64,000 nt of DNA from Candidatus Poribacteria bacterium. GTDB taxonomy: Bacteria; Poribacteria; WGA-4E; PCPOR2b. The DNA lies in assembly GCA_965198175.1 (NCBI GenBank), contig OZ240245.1:1376001-1440000 (forward strand), in the 5' to 3' direction. Position numbers and translations under genes: made by a program. Shown one piece after another: positions 9,795 through 20,212 of the stretch; the first letter of the stretch is position 1; each line of letters opens with the position of its first letter. The notes beneath the pieces were generated by a model, which saw nothing but the letters and a program-made list of their open reading frames with translations, had not been told where the DNA came from and did no database searches.

Positions 9795-10375
9795 CCAAGA
9801 AAATCACTCAGACAGAGTTGGTAATGGAATACTTTACGATGCACCCGAATCGTGCCATCAAGCATCCCGAAGTCGTTGACTGGCTTACCAGAGAATACCA
9901 AGAGAGAACAGGCAAAACCTTTAGAGATCCCGATCGGGCTATCCGCAAGTTGGCTCAAGAAGGGAAACTGGTAAAACTCAGGAAAGGTCTTTACAAATAC
10001 GATCCGAATCTCATTACAAATCCTGAATTAGAAGATTTCACACCCGCCCAAAGGGAACAGATTTTCAAGCGAGACGACTACCGTTGTGTAATGTGCGGGA
10101 AGGGGCAACGCGATGGTGTCGAAGTTCAGGCAGACCATATCAAACCGAAGGACTTAGGCGGCAAAGCAACAATCGACAACGGTCAAACCCTTTGCGCAAC
10201 GCACAATTTCCGCAAAAAGAACCTCAAACAGACGGAAACAGGGAAGAAGATGTTTATTCGGTTGTACGAACTTTCAAAATCTGAAAGTGACCGTGAGACG
10301 GATGATTTCTGCCGACACATTCTTGAAGTTTTTGAGGAATACAAAGTCAATAATCACATAGATTGGAAACGCTGA
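9791..10375 (+). CDS. HNH endonuclease, probable type II restriction partner
   Basis: ATGA overlap with the MTase stop; CVMCG...ADHIKP..GG.....NGQTLCATHNFRK. Confidence 0.9.
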   Translation: MTKKITQTELVMEYFTMHPNRAIKHPEVVDWLTREYQERTGKTFRDPDRAIRKLAQEGKLVKLRKGLYKYDPNLITNPELEDFTPAQREQIFKRDDYRCVMCGKGQRDGVEVQADHIKPKDLGGKATIDNGQTLCATHNFRKKNLKQTETGKKMFIRLYELSKSESDRETDDFCRHILEVFEEYKVNNHIDWKR

Positions 10376-10445
10376 TACGACGATGGATGTGGTATAGATG
10401 TATCTCGAAGCTCCTTAAGCTATGCGAGCAATTGCGAGGAAATGC

Positions 10446-11267
10446 ATGCTGCAGCAAACTATCTCAAACATCCTGGACTGCAAAAATACCATAGAAACGT
10501 ACCAGTTTGACGAGGCAGCGACCAAACAGTATATAGTCCTACCCATCCTCCGAGCCTTAGATTGGCAAGATAGTAATTTGTACACTTTAGAGGTTTTTCC
10601 GGAAAAATTGGTTGGTAACGGAAAAGTTGACTACGCATTACAACGAGGCGATAACATTTTTGTAGTTATTGAGTGTAAGCGTTGGGGTGAAAATATCGAA
10701 AGGCATCAAGAACAGATATGCCTCTATGCTTTCATGGCAGGTGTGGGTATTGCCGTCATCACCAACGGCAAAATATGGGATTTCTATCTCCCCGATAAGA
10801 CATCATTGCCCGGCAGAGTCAATGTTCCGTGGCAAGACAGAATTTTCTGTTCCATCGATCTTGAAGCCCGTCATGAAGCAATATTCGATTTCCAAAAATA
10901 TCTTACAAAATCACATGTCGAGCAAGGACAAGCAAGAACAGAAGCAGAAGAAGCTTTCCAACCCCAAAGAGTTGATACCCCGCTACCTCGGCAGCGGTAT
11001 TGCTTACCTATCCTCAAAGCCCTGGAAATCCTTGGTGGGACAGCAGCAACCAGCGATGTACTCACACAGGTCTTTCAACTCATGAACAATGAACTTAGGT
11101 CGATAGATAAATCACGCCGATCGGATGGTCAGTTCTATTGGGAAAACCGAGCCCATGACATGCGGCGGGAGTTAGTCAATAAGGAGTTGATGAAGGACGA
11201 CTCTCCACGGGGGATTTGGGAAATCTCAGAGGAAGGGCGCGAATATCTTCGCACTAACGAAAATTGA
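10446..11267 (+). CDS. HsdR N-terminal-like PD-(D/E)xK nuclease fused to an Mrr N-terminal winged helix
   Basis: EAATKQYIVLPIL..LDW, VDYAL..IECKR and AVITNGKIW; C-terminal PILKALEILGG...WENRAH...RGIWEISEEGR. Confidence 0.8.
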   Translation: MLQQTISNILDCKNTIETYQFDEAATKQYIVLPILRALDWQDSNLYTLEVFPEKLVGNGKVDYALQRGDNIFVVIECKRWGENIERHQEQICLYAFMAGVGIAVITNGKIWDFYLPDKTSLPGRVNVPWQDRIFCSIDLEARHEAIFDFQKYLTKSHVEQGQARTEAEEAFQPQRVDTPLPRQRYCLPILKALEILGGTAATSDVLTQVFQLMNNELRSIDKSRRSDGQFYWENRAHDMRRELVNKELMKDDSPRGIWEISEEGREYLRTNEN

Positions 11268-11544
11268 CACAGCAACACACGGAGAAAATCTGAAATTAAG
11301 AAAAAAATCAAAAACATTGTGACATCCAACTGGAAATCCGAAACTTCAAAAACCCTTCAAACCCCCATTATCACAGGCATTGAGCAATACTCAAGTGCAT
11401 CAAATATCGGCTCACATAACAATCAAAATTTGTGATATAGTGTGATATTGCATAGTGTCTAACTGAGAACCCATCAGCTCCGACAAATCCTCCAAACCCA
11501 CGTGACGACTGGGCTTAGGCAGCTATCGAAGGACGCCGAATCTC

Positions 11545-11595
11545 ATATCACAAAATATCACACACAATGTCACATAATGTGATATTTTGTGATAT
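11545..11595. repeat. Perfect 18-bp inverted repeat built of TGTGATAT units
   Basis: ATATCACAAAATATCACA (11545-11562), 15 nt, TGTGATATTTTGTGATAT (11578-11595); further TGTGATAT pair at 11431-11448. Confidence 0.85.
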
Positions 11596-11645
11596 CGAAA
11601 TTGAGAATCTCGAAAATCCGAATTTAGCCAGAAGAATGAAAAAGC

Positions 11646-11783
11646 GGAACGACCTTAGTAGAGGCGCACAATAACCGACGAATCGGTGTTGGCGATGAAA
11701 TTGACAGCGGCTATTGCGAATTAGCTCGAAATCGAATTATGGATAGTCGAAGTTTATTTGCAACGTTGAGGGAATCCGAATGA
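11646..11783 (+). pseudogene. Duplicated 3' fragment of the DNA methyltransferase
   Basis: Translates GTTLVEAHNNRRIGVGDEIDSGYCELARNRIMDSRSLFATLRESE*, near-identical to the end of 8970-9794. Confidence 0.9.
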
Positions 11784-12336
11784 CGAAGAGAATCACCCAA
11801 ACAGGGTTGGTAATGGAATACTATTATGATGCATCCGAATCGCCCCATTGAGCATCCCGAAGTCGTTGACTGGCTAACGAGTGAGTACCCGAAGAGAATG
11901 GGCAAAACCTTTAGAGATTCCGACAGAGCTATCCGCAAGTTGGCTCAAGAAGGGAAACTGGTAAAACTCGGGAAAGGTCTTTACAAATACGATCCGAATC
12001 TCGTTACAAACCCTGAACTAGAAGATTTCACACCTGCTCAAAAAGAGCAGATATTTAAGCGAGACGGCTACCGTTGTGTGATGTGTGGGAAGGGGCAACG
12101 CGATGGCGTCGAAATTCAGGCAGACCATATCAAACCGAAAGATTTAGGCGGCAAAGCAACAATTGCGAACGGTCAAACCCTTTGCGCAACGCACAATTTC
12201 CGCAAGAAAAATTACAAGCAGACGGAAACGGAGAAGAAGATGTTTATTCGTTTGTACGAAGTTTCAAAATCTAAAAGTGACTGTGAGACGGAGGATTTCT
12301 GCCGACACATTCTTGAAATTTTTGAGAAATATAACA
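11780..12336 (+). pseudogene. Diverged duplicate of the HNH gene, frameshifted and 3'-truncated by an IS
   Basis: Colinear with 9791-10345; a one-base insertion near 11822 (TACTATTATG vs TACTTTACG); homology stops near 12335. Confidence 0.88.
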
Positions 12337-13128
12337 TTAGACGAATTTACTATCCACGAACGACTCCATCCCAACGCCAGCGGCTTTTTGAAATATGTGA
12401 AGAAACCGGCAATCTCCAAGACGCCTTGCAAGAATCACGAGTAAGCGGAGGCTCATTCTATCGCTGGAAACCCCGCTTTGAGAAAGGGGGATACCCCCGC
12501 GCTAGATAAATTTGATAGCCATGCGCCCAACAATCCTCGGCGGATAGCTGAAGCCCTCAAAGTCAAGGTCATTGAACTTCGACGTCGAAACCCAAAATGG
12601 GGGAAACGACGTATCGCCGACTAGATGGCTAAAGCGAACAATTGGGTGGCTTTAATCAGTTCGAATACTGTCAAGCGAATCCTCAAAGATTCCGGTCTCT
12701 GGACGACTGAACAACCACCGGTAAAAAAGGGAGACCTGTAGCGGTCAGTCGAACCGCTGGGGCACCCGGTCAGACAATCAACGTCGATTTATGTTTTGTG
12801 CCTGGCATCCATCAAGCCTCAGTCAAGCTTCCCGCCGTCAGTGGGTCTTCTGGCAAATTAGTCATCGACCCACCGAAAATAGACGCTACTGAATCGGGGT
12901 ATCCCGGTGCGGTTTTCGCGAATCCGGATTTGGATTATGTACAAGCGATGACTCAATTTGTTGCCGCTTCCGAAAAGGAAATCCAATCGTTGAAGCAGCC
13001 AAAGCATGGTGCTGAAACTGGAAGTCAGTCATGTCGTCTTCAGAAACAGCAACTCCGTCACGAAGAAGAGATGTTACGTGGCAAGCGACGCGGTGTCCGT
13101 GAACGTCGCAAGCGAGAGGGGGTCGCTC
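12337..13128 (+). mobile_element. Degraded insertion-sequence transposase (HTH + start of integrase-like core; IS481/IS3-like)
   Basis: FYRWKPRFEKGGY, 'KVIELRRRNPKWGKRRIA', 'ISSNTVKRILKDSGL', then GQTINVDLCFV in the -1 frame. Frameshift near 12495 and internal TAG near 12622. Confidence 0.75.
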
Positions 13129-13131
13129 TTT

Positions 13132-14922
13132 TCACCCATCCACTACCCGGCAAGCGGGATTACATAGATCACAATTTCCACACCGGTAGTCATCAGCAAC
13201 TGCCTCACCGAAATATATTCGCATGGCTCGCCCGCGACAATTGTCCGCGAGGGCGTAAAAGACCATCTGATCAAGCTGACGACGCCTGCTCCGAACGTAA
13301 TCCTCAAAGCCCATCTGATCCTCCGAAATTGAAGCAAAGAAGTTGCTATCGCGTAGCAGCTCAATGAGCATCGAATCCTCCGCCCCCCAATACCACAAAT
13401 ACCCATCGCTCTGCAAATCAATCAATTGCTCCATCAAATCGTCCGGACGGAAGTCCAAGTCCCGGCAGAACTCCAAGGTGTTCAATTCGGATCGCGTCCG
13501 AAGTTGAGCCAGCAGTGCACGTTGGTCGCCGCTCTCCAGCCCGTAATCAGGGACGAACCGCGTTCGAATCGACAGGTTTGAGGGTATGTCGTACAATCTT
13601 CGCAGAAACCCGAGCTTCTGCAAGTGGCTGATGCCGACCCTGATTTTGCCCGCACTAAAACTACTTAACCACTCCAGCTCTTCTGCGGGAATCATGCGGA
13701 AACTGCCTAACGCGGGAACGGTTTCAATCAACTTGAGGAGTTTAAGCAGATTTCGCTTGTTCGGCGCATCTTCCTTGATAAACCACTCGCGCAACCGCCG
13801 GTCGTGGGGGCAGTAAAACAGCACACAGTGGGAAACCTCACCATCCCGCCCGGCGCGCCCGGCTTCCTGATAATATTCCTCTAGTGTCCCGGTCATCGCC
13901 CAATGGATGATGTATCGGGTGTTTGCCTTGTCAATCCCCATGCCAAAGGCGTTGGTCGCCACGATGATGTCTATCCCGTCAGTTCCGTCGTCGAAGAACC
14001 CGTCCTGCACCCGTTTGCGATCCGTCGCGTCGCGTCCGGCATGGTAATAGTCGACCCGCCGCCCATGCGATCTCAGATACTCCGCAATCTCCTCCGTGTC
14101 GCGTCGGCGTCCCGCATAGATAATCCCTTTGCCTTCGAGTCGTCTCAAACAGTCGTCCAGCAGCGAATACTTCTCGGACTCACTGGAAACCGCACAGACG
14201 CTGAATTTCAGATTGGGGCGCTCAATGCTCCGCACAAATACTTCGCACCGATCGACCTCCAACTCGCGCAAGATGTCCGCACGCACATCTGGGGTTGCGG
14301 TCGCTGTGAATAGCGCGATTGAACGGGGGTGCACCACCCGGATGGCGTCGCGCAGCGCCAGATACGCCGGTCGGAAATCGTGACCCCACTGCGAAATGCA
14401 GTGTGCCTCATCAATGACAAACAGCGAGATTGGGAACGAATCCAGCCGCGCCAAGAACCGACGACTCCGAAACCGCTCCGGGGCGGCATAAAGCAACTTA
14501 ATCTCGCCGCGCTTCAAGCGGTCCAACTCCGCCTGATACTCCTCCATACTCAGGCTGCTGTTGATTAGTCCGACCGAATGGATACCGCGCTCACGCAACG
14601 CATCTACCTGATCCTTCATCAAGGAAATTAACGGCGAAACGATGATCGCGACGCCGGGCTGCATGAGCGCCGGCAACTGATAACAGAGCGATTTGCCATA
14701 ACCGGTCGGAAACGCCGCGAGCGTATTGCCGCCGTTCAGGATTGCCTCCACAATCTCACGCTGCCCTGATCGGAACGTCGAAAGTCCGAAATAGCGTTCA
14801 AGCGCAGCGGGCAACTCGTCCGACTCGTCCGCAGGCGGCGAGGATGTTGCGGACGACACCGGAGAAGGCGGCGCGTCAATGAGCTGATCGATATTTTCAA
14901 GGATATTCTGTAGATTCTTCAT
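13132..14922 (-). CDS. recQ: RecQ-family ATP-dependent DNA helicase
   Basis: PTGYGKSLCYQLPA, DEAHCISQWGHDFRP, ATNAFGMGID, YYQEAGRAGRDG, and Zn-binding CR...CGNCDLC. Confidence 0.95.
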   Translation of the reverse strand: MKNLQNILENIDQLIDAPPSPVSSATSSPPADESDELPAALERYFGLSTFRSGQREIVEAILNGGNTLAAFPTGYGKSLCYQLPALMQPGVAIIVSPLISLMKDQVDALRERGIHSVGLINSSLSMEEYQAELDRLKRGEIKLLYAAPERFRSRRFLARLDSFPISLFVIDEAHCISQWGHDFRPAYLALRDAIRVVHPRSIALFTATATPDVRADILRELEVDRCEVFVRSIERPNLKFSVCAVSSESEKYSLLDDCLRRLEGKGIIYAGRRRDTEEIAEYLRSHGRRVDYYHAGRDATDRKRVQDGFFDDGTDGIDIIVATNAFGMGIDKANTRYIIHWAMTGTLEEYYQEAGRAGRDGEVSHCVLFYCPHDRRLREWFIKEDAPNKRNLLKLLKLIETVPALGSFRMIPAEELEWLSSFSAGKIRVGISHLQKLGFLRRLYDIPSNLSIRTRFVPDYGLESGDQRALLAQLRTRSELNTLEFCRDLDFRPDDLMEQLIDLQSDGYLWYWGAEDSMLIELLRDSNFFASISEDQMGFEDYVRSRRRQLDQMVFYALADNCRGRAMRIYFGEAVADDYRCGNCDLCNPACRVVDG

Positions 14923-15003
14923 ATGACGTTGTTAGCGCACTTCCATCGGATAACGGTCAGGGCAACCCCATCCGTCCGAATCGCGCCGATGTTCGGCGTT
15001 GCA

Positions 15004-15702
15004 TCAGTGCATGAATCGAAAACGGATAATATGGTACATCGCCGCAACCCCATCCTTCCAACTCACTTTCTTGCCCTCGTGATAGTCGCGTCCGTGATAG
15101 GTTATCGGAACCTCGCAGATTCGGCACTTCCGCTTGGCGAGCTTCGCGGTTATCTCCGGCTCGAATCCAAATCGATCTGACTGTAGCGGAATCTCCCGCA
15201 AAATCGAGGTTTTTATCACCTTATAACAGGTCTCCATATCCGTCAGGTTCAACCCGGTGACCAGATTGGAGAAAGAGGTCAGAAACCTATTGGCGGCGTA
15301 ACTCGACAGCAGCGCATGCCGCCGTCCCGTTTTGAAGCGCGAGCCGTAGACCGCGTCCGCCGTGCCATCCAAGATCGGCTGAATCAATTTGGGATAATCT
15401 TGCGGATTATACTCCAGATCAGCATCCTGAACGAGGGTCATATCGCCGTCCACATACTGAAACCCGGTTCGCAGCGCTGCCCCTTTGCCGCGATTCACAT
15501 CGTGGTAGAAGACACGGATGGATGGGTCGCCAGACGCTTCAATCCGCTGGAGAAGTTCACGCACGCCGTCGGTCGAGTGATCGTCCACCAGGACAATCTC
15601 TTTTTCAATCCCAATCTCTGCTGCTTGGACCTGCCTGAGAATCTCTTCCAGCGTGCCGACCTCATTATAAACGGGAATCACAATCGAGAGCTTATGCCCC
15701 AT
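15004..15702 (-). CDS. Glycosyltransferase family 2 (polyprenol-phosphate glycosyltransferase-like)
   Basis: IVIPVYNE, VDDHSTDG, GKGAA, QDADLEY, DMETCYK and FGFEPEIT. Confidence 0.95.
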   Translation of the reverse strand: MGHKLSIVIPVYNEVGTLEEILRQVQAAEIGIEKEIVLVDDHSTDGVRELLQRIEASGDPSIRVFYHDVNRGKGAALRTGFQYVDGDMTLVQDADLEYNPQDYPKLIQPILDGTADAVYGSRFKTGRRHALLSSYAANRFLTSFSNLVTGLNLTDMETCYKVIKTSILREIPLQSDRFGFEPEITAKLAKRKCRICEVPITYHGRDYHEGKKVSWKDGVAAMYHIIRFRFMH

Positions 15703-15769
15703 GCCAAACCACCCATTGGACGAACGCAATTTTTACCTTGAAATTGACTACATCAACGCCTAACAATCC

Positions 15770-15985
15770 GTAGGTTGGATTGAGCCAGCGGTGATACTCA
15801 ACAAACCAAACCCAAATCTCTTTGCGGCGGGCTGAACCACCTACCGAAACCCAATTCCACAACCTAACGTAACGATTAAAAAGCGTTAGGTTTCGCAACA
15901 TATGACAAATCTCGCGCTCAATCAACTCCCGAAACACATGTGTCATACTTCATAGGTTTCATCAACACCGCTCAACCCAACCTAC
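15770..15985. repeat. Dispersed REP doublet (REPIN/BIME-like) of the RAYT-associated family
   Basis: GTAGGTTGGATTGAGC...CGAAACCCAA...GTTAGGTTTCG...GCTCAACCCAACCTAC; same architecture as the 61-64 kb arrays. Confidence 0.85.
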
Positions 15986-16101
15986 AATTTCCACCATAAA
16001 AGAGAAGAAGACAGCATAACACATCTGCCCCGTCGAATCAAGCGCATTCGCGCCTCGCCTCTCGTATGTCGTGCGGCGACTTGGGTCTAGGCGCGAGGGG
16101 T

Positions 16102-18048
16102 TCAGGGAATCATGCTAGGACGCCCGTGCCACGCCATGTTATACGTGACGACGTTGAAGGTCGCACTAATGATGCTCCAAATGCAGCCCATCGTGTAATC
16201 TCCGAGCACCAAGCCCGCAAAAAATGGGATGGCGCGTCGATACCCCTTCAAGCCGCCATACCGTAGGATGGTGAACTTGAGAAACCAACTGACAAGCATC
16301 GGGCACCAGATATAACTCATCTCCGACGGGCTCACTCCCATGACGTACCCCACCGGATGGAATTGCCACCACAAAAACCGCATCTTCATGACTAGCAGAA
16401 CGGTCGTTATCCCAAACCCGAGACCGATCATGCTCATCGTCAGGTAATCCGGTTCGAGCGGATGGCTCAACCACGGTTGGAGCCGCCGCGTAAAGTAGTC
16501 CGTACCCATCCCCACAATGTGTGATGCGGAATTACCCGCCCCGTGGTGATACGTAAGGCTGAGGTATATCACAAAAGTCACCGGTATCCCGATGATTAGG
16601 GTAATCAGCATCGCCCACAATACCGTTCGATAATTCGTACCCGTCTGTTCGGCGATTCGGAAGGCTTCGAGCTGGTTCGGCATCGGATGCGCGACCAACT
16701 CTCGATTCAGCCAAAAAAGGAAGGTCAGCACCGTCAGGTTCCGCGCCCCGAAGGCGCGTGTTCCGAAGGCAGTCACCATCGTGCGTTGCGGGTCTACCCA
16801 GATGATGTGATGGATTGACACCCCCAAGCTCGCCCTGAGCTTTGCCACCCCGATGGCGATGGAACAGTATAACGCCAAGAACATGAGCAGCACCCATGCA
16901 GCAAGCCCGGCTTTATACGCGAACCCAAGCAAGAACAGCACCCCTGCGACAATTCCCAAGATTGCGGTCCGATACCGCATCGGTTCACTCGTGTCGTCAA
17001 TTCCGCCCTTGCCGCTGAACGTGTGGACGAAGACGCGCTTGAGGTGCCGGCGCCCAACCCAGAGCGCCAGAATCCCCAACCCAATCCAACCGCCTTGCGC
17101 CTGTTCATCAAAGTAAGGGTTGCGTATACCCATCGCCGCGCCGAGCAGCACCCGTATCAGGAGTTGTAGGATGAAGAAGAACCAAGCGGAAAACGCGAGA
17201 TCCAACGGCATGAAATACGATAGCCCAATCACGAATGGCTGGAAGGAGACCAGCACGCCGCCCGCGTAGCTCCACGGCTTTTCCACGAAACTGACCCGTT
17301 GCCACCACACGGGCACAGCGGGAACGAAAGGGTATAAGGTATGCAAGCCGTTCAGCAGACTGATGCCCGCCGCAATCCCAAAACCCGCCCACATTAACTT
17401 GTTCCTCAGGAAGCCGGAGATGTCTCGCCCCATCTCCAGGGGCATCCAAGTAATCGGATAGGTGAGCCGTTCGTGTTCGGTGAACTGCTTTCTCAAAATG
17501 ACGTTGATACAGATGAGAACGAAGTAGAGCACGAACATGAATGCGGACCAATAGAGCATCGGCGCCAGCCAAGGCTTGACGTACTGCGGGTTAAAGAAGG
17601 AGGTCTCGCCGAGGAAAAAACCGCTGAGCGCGTTTGTGTCCCGGGTGGTAAACCAGTCGGGGATATACCCCCAAAACAGATTCCGCCAGTCATTCTCCGG
17701 CGTGGCGAACCAGTACGGGTGCGCGAGAATTCCGACCACATGGCTCATGCTCGGATGTCCCGACACGGTTGTCACCGTGACGACCATGACGTAGATGACG
17801 AACAGGTCGGATCTGTTGAGCGATGCGCCCGGCAGCAGTCTCTTGACAATCAGGTTCAGCAGAATCAGGGCAAACAGCGTAAAGACCGCATTGCTGAACA
17901 GCGACATATAGTTGTGCAACGGTCCCACGATAATGTCATTGATTGCAACCCAATATGCGTTGAGCGCCATCATTATGAGACCGATGACGACAACTCTAAA
18001 GCGAACACCGCCTCGCTTCGAGTATTGGATCGGGCTTGTCTGATTCAT
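16102..18048 (-). CDS. DUF6785/DUF6784-like polytopic membrane protein (putative transporter)
   Basis: Many TM helices; ERLTYPI, WWQFHPVGY and RYGGLKGYRRAIPFFAGLVLGD motifs. Confidence 0.8.
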   Translation of the reverse strand: MNQTSPIQYSKRGGVRFRVVVIGLIMMALNAYWVAINDIIVGPLHNYMSLFSNAVFTLFALILLNLIVKRLLPGASLNRSDLFVIYVMVVTVTTVSGHPSMSHVVGILAHPYWFATPENDWRNLFWGYIPDWFTTRDTNALSGFFLGETSFFNPQYVKPWLAPMLYWSAFMFVLYFVLICINVILRKQFTEHERLTYPITWMPLEMGRDISGFLRNKLMWAGFGIAAGISLLNGLHTLYPFVPAVPVWWQRVSFVEKPWSYAGGVLVSFQPFVIGLSYFMPLDLAFSAWFFFILQLLIRVLLGAAMGIRNPYFDEQAQGGWIGLGILALWVGRRHLKRVFVHTFSGKGGIDDTSEPMRYRTAILGIVAGVLFLLGFAYKAGLAAWVLLMFLALYCSIAIGVAKLRASLGVSIHHIIWVDPQRTMVTAFGTRAFGARNLTVLTFLFWLNRELVAHPMPNQLEAFRIAEQTGTNYRTVLWAMLITLIIGIPVTFVIYLSLTYHHGAGNSASHIVGMGTDYFTRRLQPWLSHPLEPDYLTMSMIGLGFGITTVLLVMKMRFLWWQFHPVGYVMGVSPSEMSYIWCPMLVSWFLKFTILRYGGLKGYRRAIPFFAGLVLGDYTMGCIWSIISATFNVVTYNMAWHGRPSMIP

Positions 18049-18051
18049 GGC

Positions 18052-19341
18052 TCATCTCACGTTGGTTTTCTTTGGAATATCATCCACAACCTCGCGGAAG
18101 AAATCCGATTCTGTCCATTCCTCTGGATCGACTGCAACCCCGTTGACGACCATACCCCAGTGAAGATGCGATCCCGTGACCTGACCGGTTGCACCCATTA
18201 GCCCGATGCGTTGCCCTTTTTTGAGCGTGTCGCCCACGTTTACGCCGATTTCGCTGAGATGATTATAGCTTGTCGAGACACCTTGTCCATGATCGATGAT
18301 GATGGCATTTCCGTACAGATGAAGCCTTTCAGCAAGTGTCACAACGCCATCATTCCCCGCGTAGATGGGTGTGCCCACGTCATTCGCGATATCCGTTCCG
18401 AGGTGGTGCCGCCGAACCCCGGTGTTATATTCTCGGTATTTGCCGAACGGTGAGGTGAGCAGCCCCTCCGCCGGCTGGGCGAACGTCCCCTCCCATAACT
18501 GAGTCGATGCGCTCTTACGATAGGCTTTTGCGCGCTTCGCATTATCTTCTCGCGATTTAGATTTATCCCCCATAACCTTCTGTTTGTTCGGAGAAAGCAC
18601 GATGTACCCTCCCCGCGCAAATTTCGTCGTGCCCACCGTGACACGAAAGGTCCGGTTCATCTTCTGCCCAACCGAATCCTTAGCCTCTAACGCCAGCGGA
18701 TAGCGTTTTGCTGGTTGCGTTACACTCACGCCAACTAAACCTCGGTACACGTTTTTCGATCTAAACGGGTAGAACCGAACGATCCGATCGAAAATCTTGC
18801 CCTCTAATTCAGCGAGGGGGCCATTGGACTGGACAAAAATCCCCAACGTTTTGCCTTGTCGAACATGGAGAGATTCCGGAGAGAGCTGAAACTGAGGCGG
18901 GGTATTATCGACGGAGAACACCAACTCATGACGCACTGTATGTTTCCATAACGACCGATCCGTCGCGGCAACCGTAACCGTGTATTCGCGCTCAGGTAGG
19001 GCTGTTGTATCCAGTGTCCAGATGGTACGATTCGCACCATCCTTATCAAGACTAAGGTGTTCGGGGATGTCATCATTGATTTGTACCGTGAGTGTGCCGA
19101 TCCCCGAACGTTCGTCGCACGCAGAGATATTAAGAGGTATCCTCCCACGATAGGTTTTGCCGGGTTCAACCCCGGTCAGATTAAGCGAAGGCGGTGTCAC
19201 ATCGAACAGAACGTGCCGGAAACAGTAGCTCAACCACAGAAGCAGCCAAATTATAAGGAAGCGGATGACCCCATGGCGATGCCGGAATCTGTTAGCACGG
19301 ACATGAGGTGCTTTGCCCGTCGCCCCCGTTATGCTCTGCAT
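18052..19341 (-). CDS. M23-family metallopeptidase with N-terminal Ig-like domains
   Basis: TSPFG, HLGTDIA, YNHL and TGSHLHW. Confidence 0.93.
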   Translation of the reverse strand: MQSITGATGKAPHVRANRFRHRHGVIRFLIIWLLLWLSYCFRHVLFDVTPPSLNLTGVEPGKTYRGRIPLNISACDERSGIGTLTVQINDDIPEHLSLDKDGANRTIWTLDTTALPEREYTVTVAATDRSLWKHTVRHELVFSVDNTPPQFQLSPESLHVRQGKTLGIFVQSNGPLAELEGKIFDRIVRFYPFRSKNVYRGLVGVSVTQPAKRYPLALEAKDSVGQKMNRTFRVTVGTTKFARGGYIVLSPNKQKVMGDKSKSREDNAKRAKAYRKSASTQLWEGTFAQPAEGLLTSPFGKYREYNTGVRRHHLGTDIANDVGTPIYAGNDGVVTLAERLHLYGNAIIIDHGQGVSTSYNHLSEIGVNVGDTLKKGQRIGLMGATGQVTGSHLHWGMVVNGVAVDPEEWTESDFFREVVDDIPKKTNVR

Positions 19342-19729
19342 AAGACAACCTCAATAATATCGCTGATCGTGAGCACTAATTATACCATATCCACGAGGCG
19401 ATGGGTAAAATTAGATCCGACTCACGGGAACGAATAGCGCCCGATGTTCAGGGGTAAGTCCGCGACGGTTCCCTCTTGCAAAATAGGGCATAGCGGTTTC
19501 TCTTTTTTCTCTCAGAGAATCCGCGCGCGTCTAAAGTTTTTACCGCCCACAGTGGCATAATCTGCTGTTTTATGGTATTATATTGACCCGTCTTTCCGAT
19601 GCTTTCGCGGCGGAGGGGCGGGTAACAACCGTACGATACATCGCAGCCGATTGAATGGCGCGACTGTCGTTTGCCGACACAACTTATGCCGCGATGTGCG
19701 AAACGTTTTAGTTATTGAAGGAGATTTTA

Positions 19730-20023
19730 ATGAATATTTACGTCGGTAATTTGTCGTATAATGCCACCGATGACGATGTGCTTAAAGTTTTTGAAAAATC
19801 CGGGACTGTAGAATCGGTGAATGTGATTCGAGACTCGTACGACGGGCGATCCAAAGGGTTCGGATTCGTCGAAATGCCAAAGGACGACGAAGGGCAAAAA
19901 GCCATACAAGAACTGGATGGTAGCGAGTTCATGGGACGTACTTTGAAAGTGAACGAGGCGCGTCAAAAACCGAAACGAAATCAATCGAGAGAACGTCAAA
20001 GGGGTGGATTTGACAGATGGTAG
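19730..20023 (+). CDS. RRM RNA-binding protein
   Basis: RNP2 IYVGNL; RNP1 KGFGFVEM; LKVNEAR. Confidence 0.96.
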   Translation: MNIYVGNLSYNATDDDVLKVFEKSGTVESVNVIRDSYDGRSKGFGFVEMPKDDEGQKAIQELDGSEFMGRTLKVNEARQKPKRNQSRERQRGGFDRW

Positions 20024-20055
20024 CGCGTACGGTTTGACCATCAATTAACTTGTCA

Positions 20056-20090
20056 AGCGCCGATTCCGCGCGATGAATCGGCGCTCTTTT
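20056..20090 (+). terminator. Intrinsic terminator after the RRM gene
   Basis: AGCGCCGATTC-8 nt-GAATCGGCGCT followed by CTTTT. Confidence 0.7.
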
Positions 20091-20212
20091 ATGATGCGGA
20101 GCGCTTCGCCCGTCAACGGGCGACATCACCCGTTGGTATTAGAAGCGGAGCAGTAGCTGGCGCAATGACGCCAATTCATTGTACTTCATCGTTAACAATG
20201 AGGTAAAAAACC

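Noticed and set aside
11826..12509. Novel HNH-HTH fusion protein
   Set aside because: In-frame junction of a pseudogene copy with an IS remnant.
12620..12626. Recoded TAG (pyrrolysine) in the transposase
   Set aside because: Element has other lesions; a simple nonsense mutation is more likely.
12798..13367. Independent 189-aa gene
   Set aside because: Truncated transposase frame reading on into the antisense of recQ.
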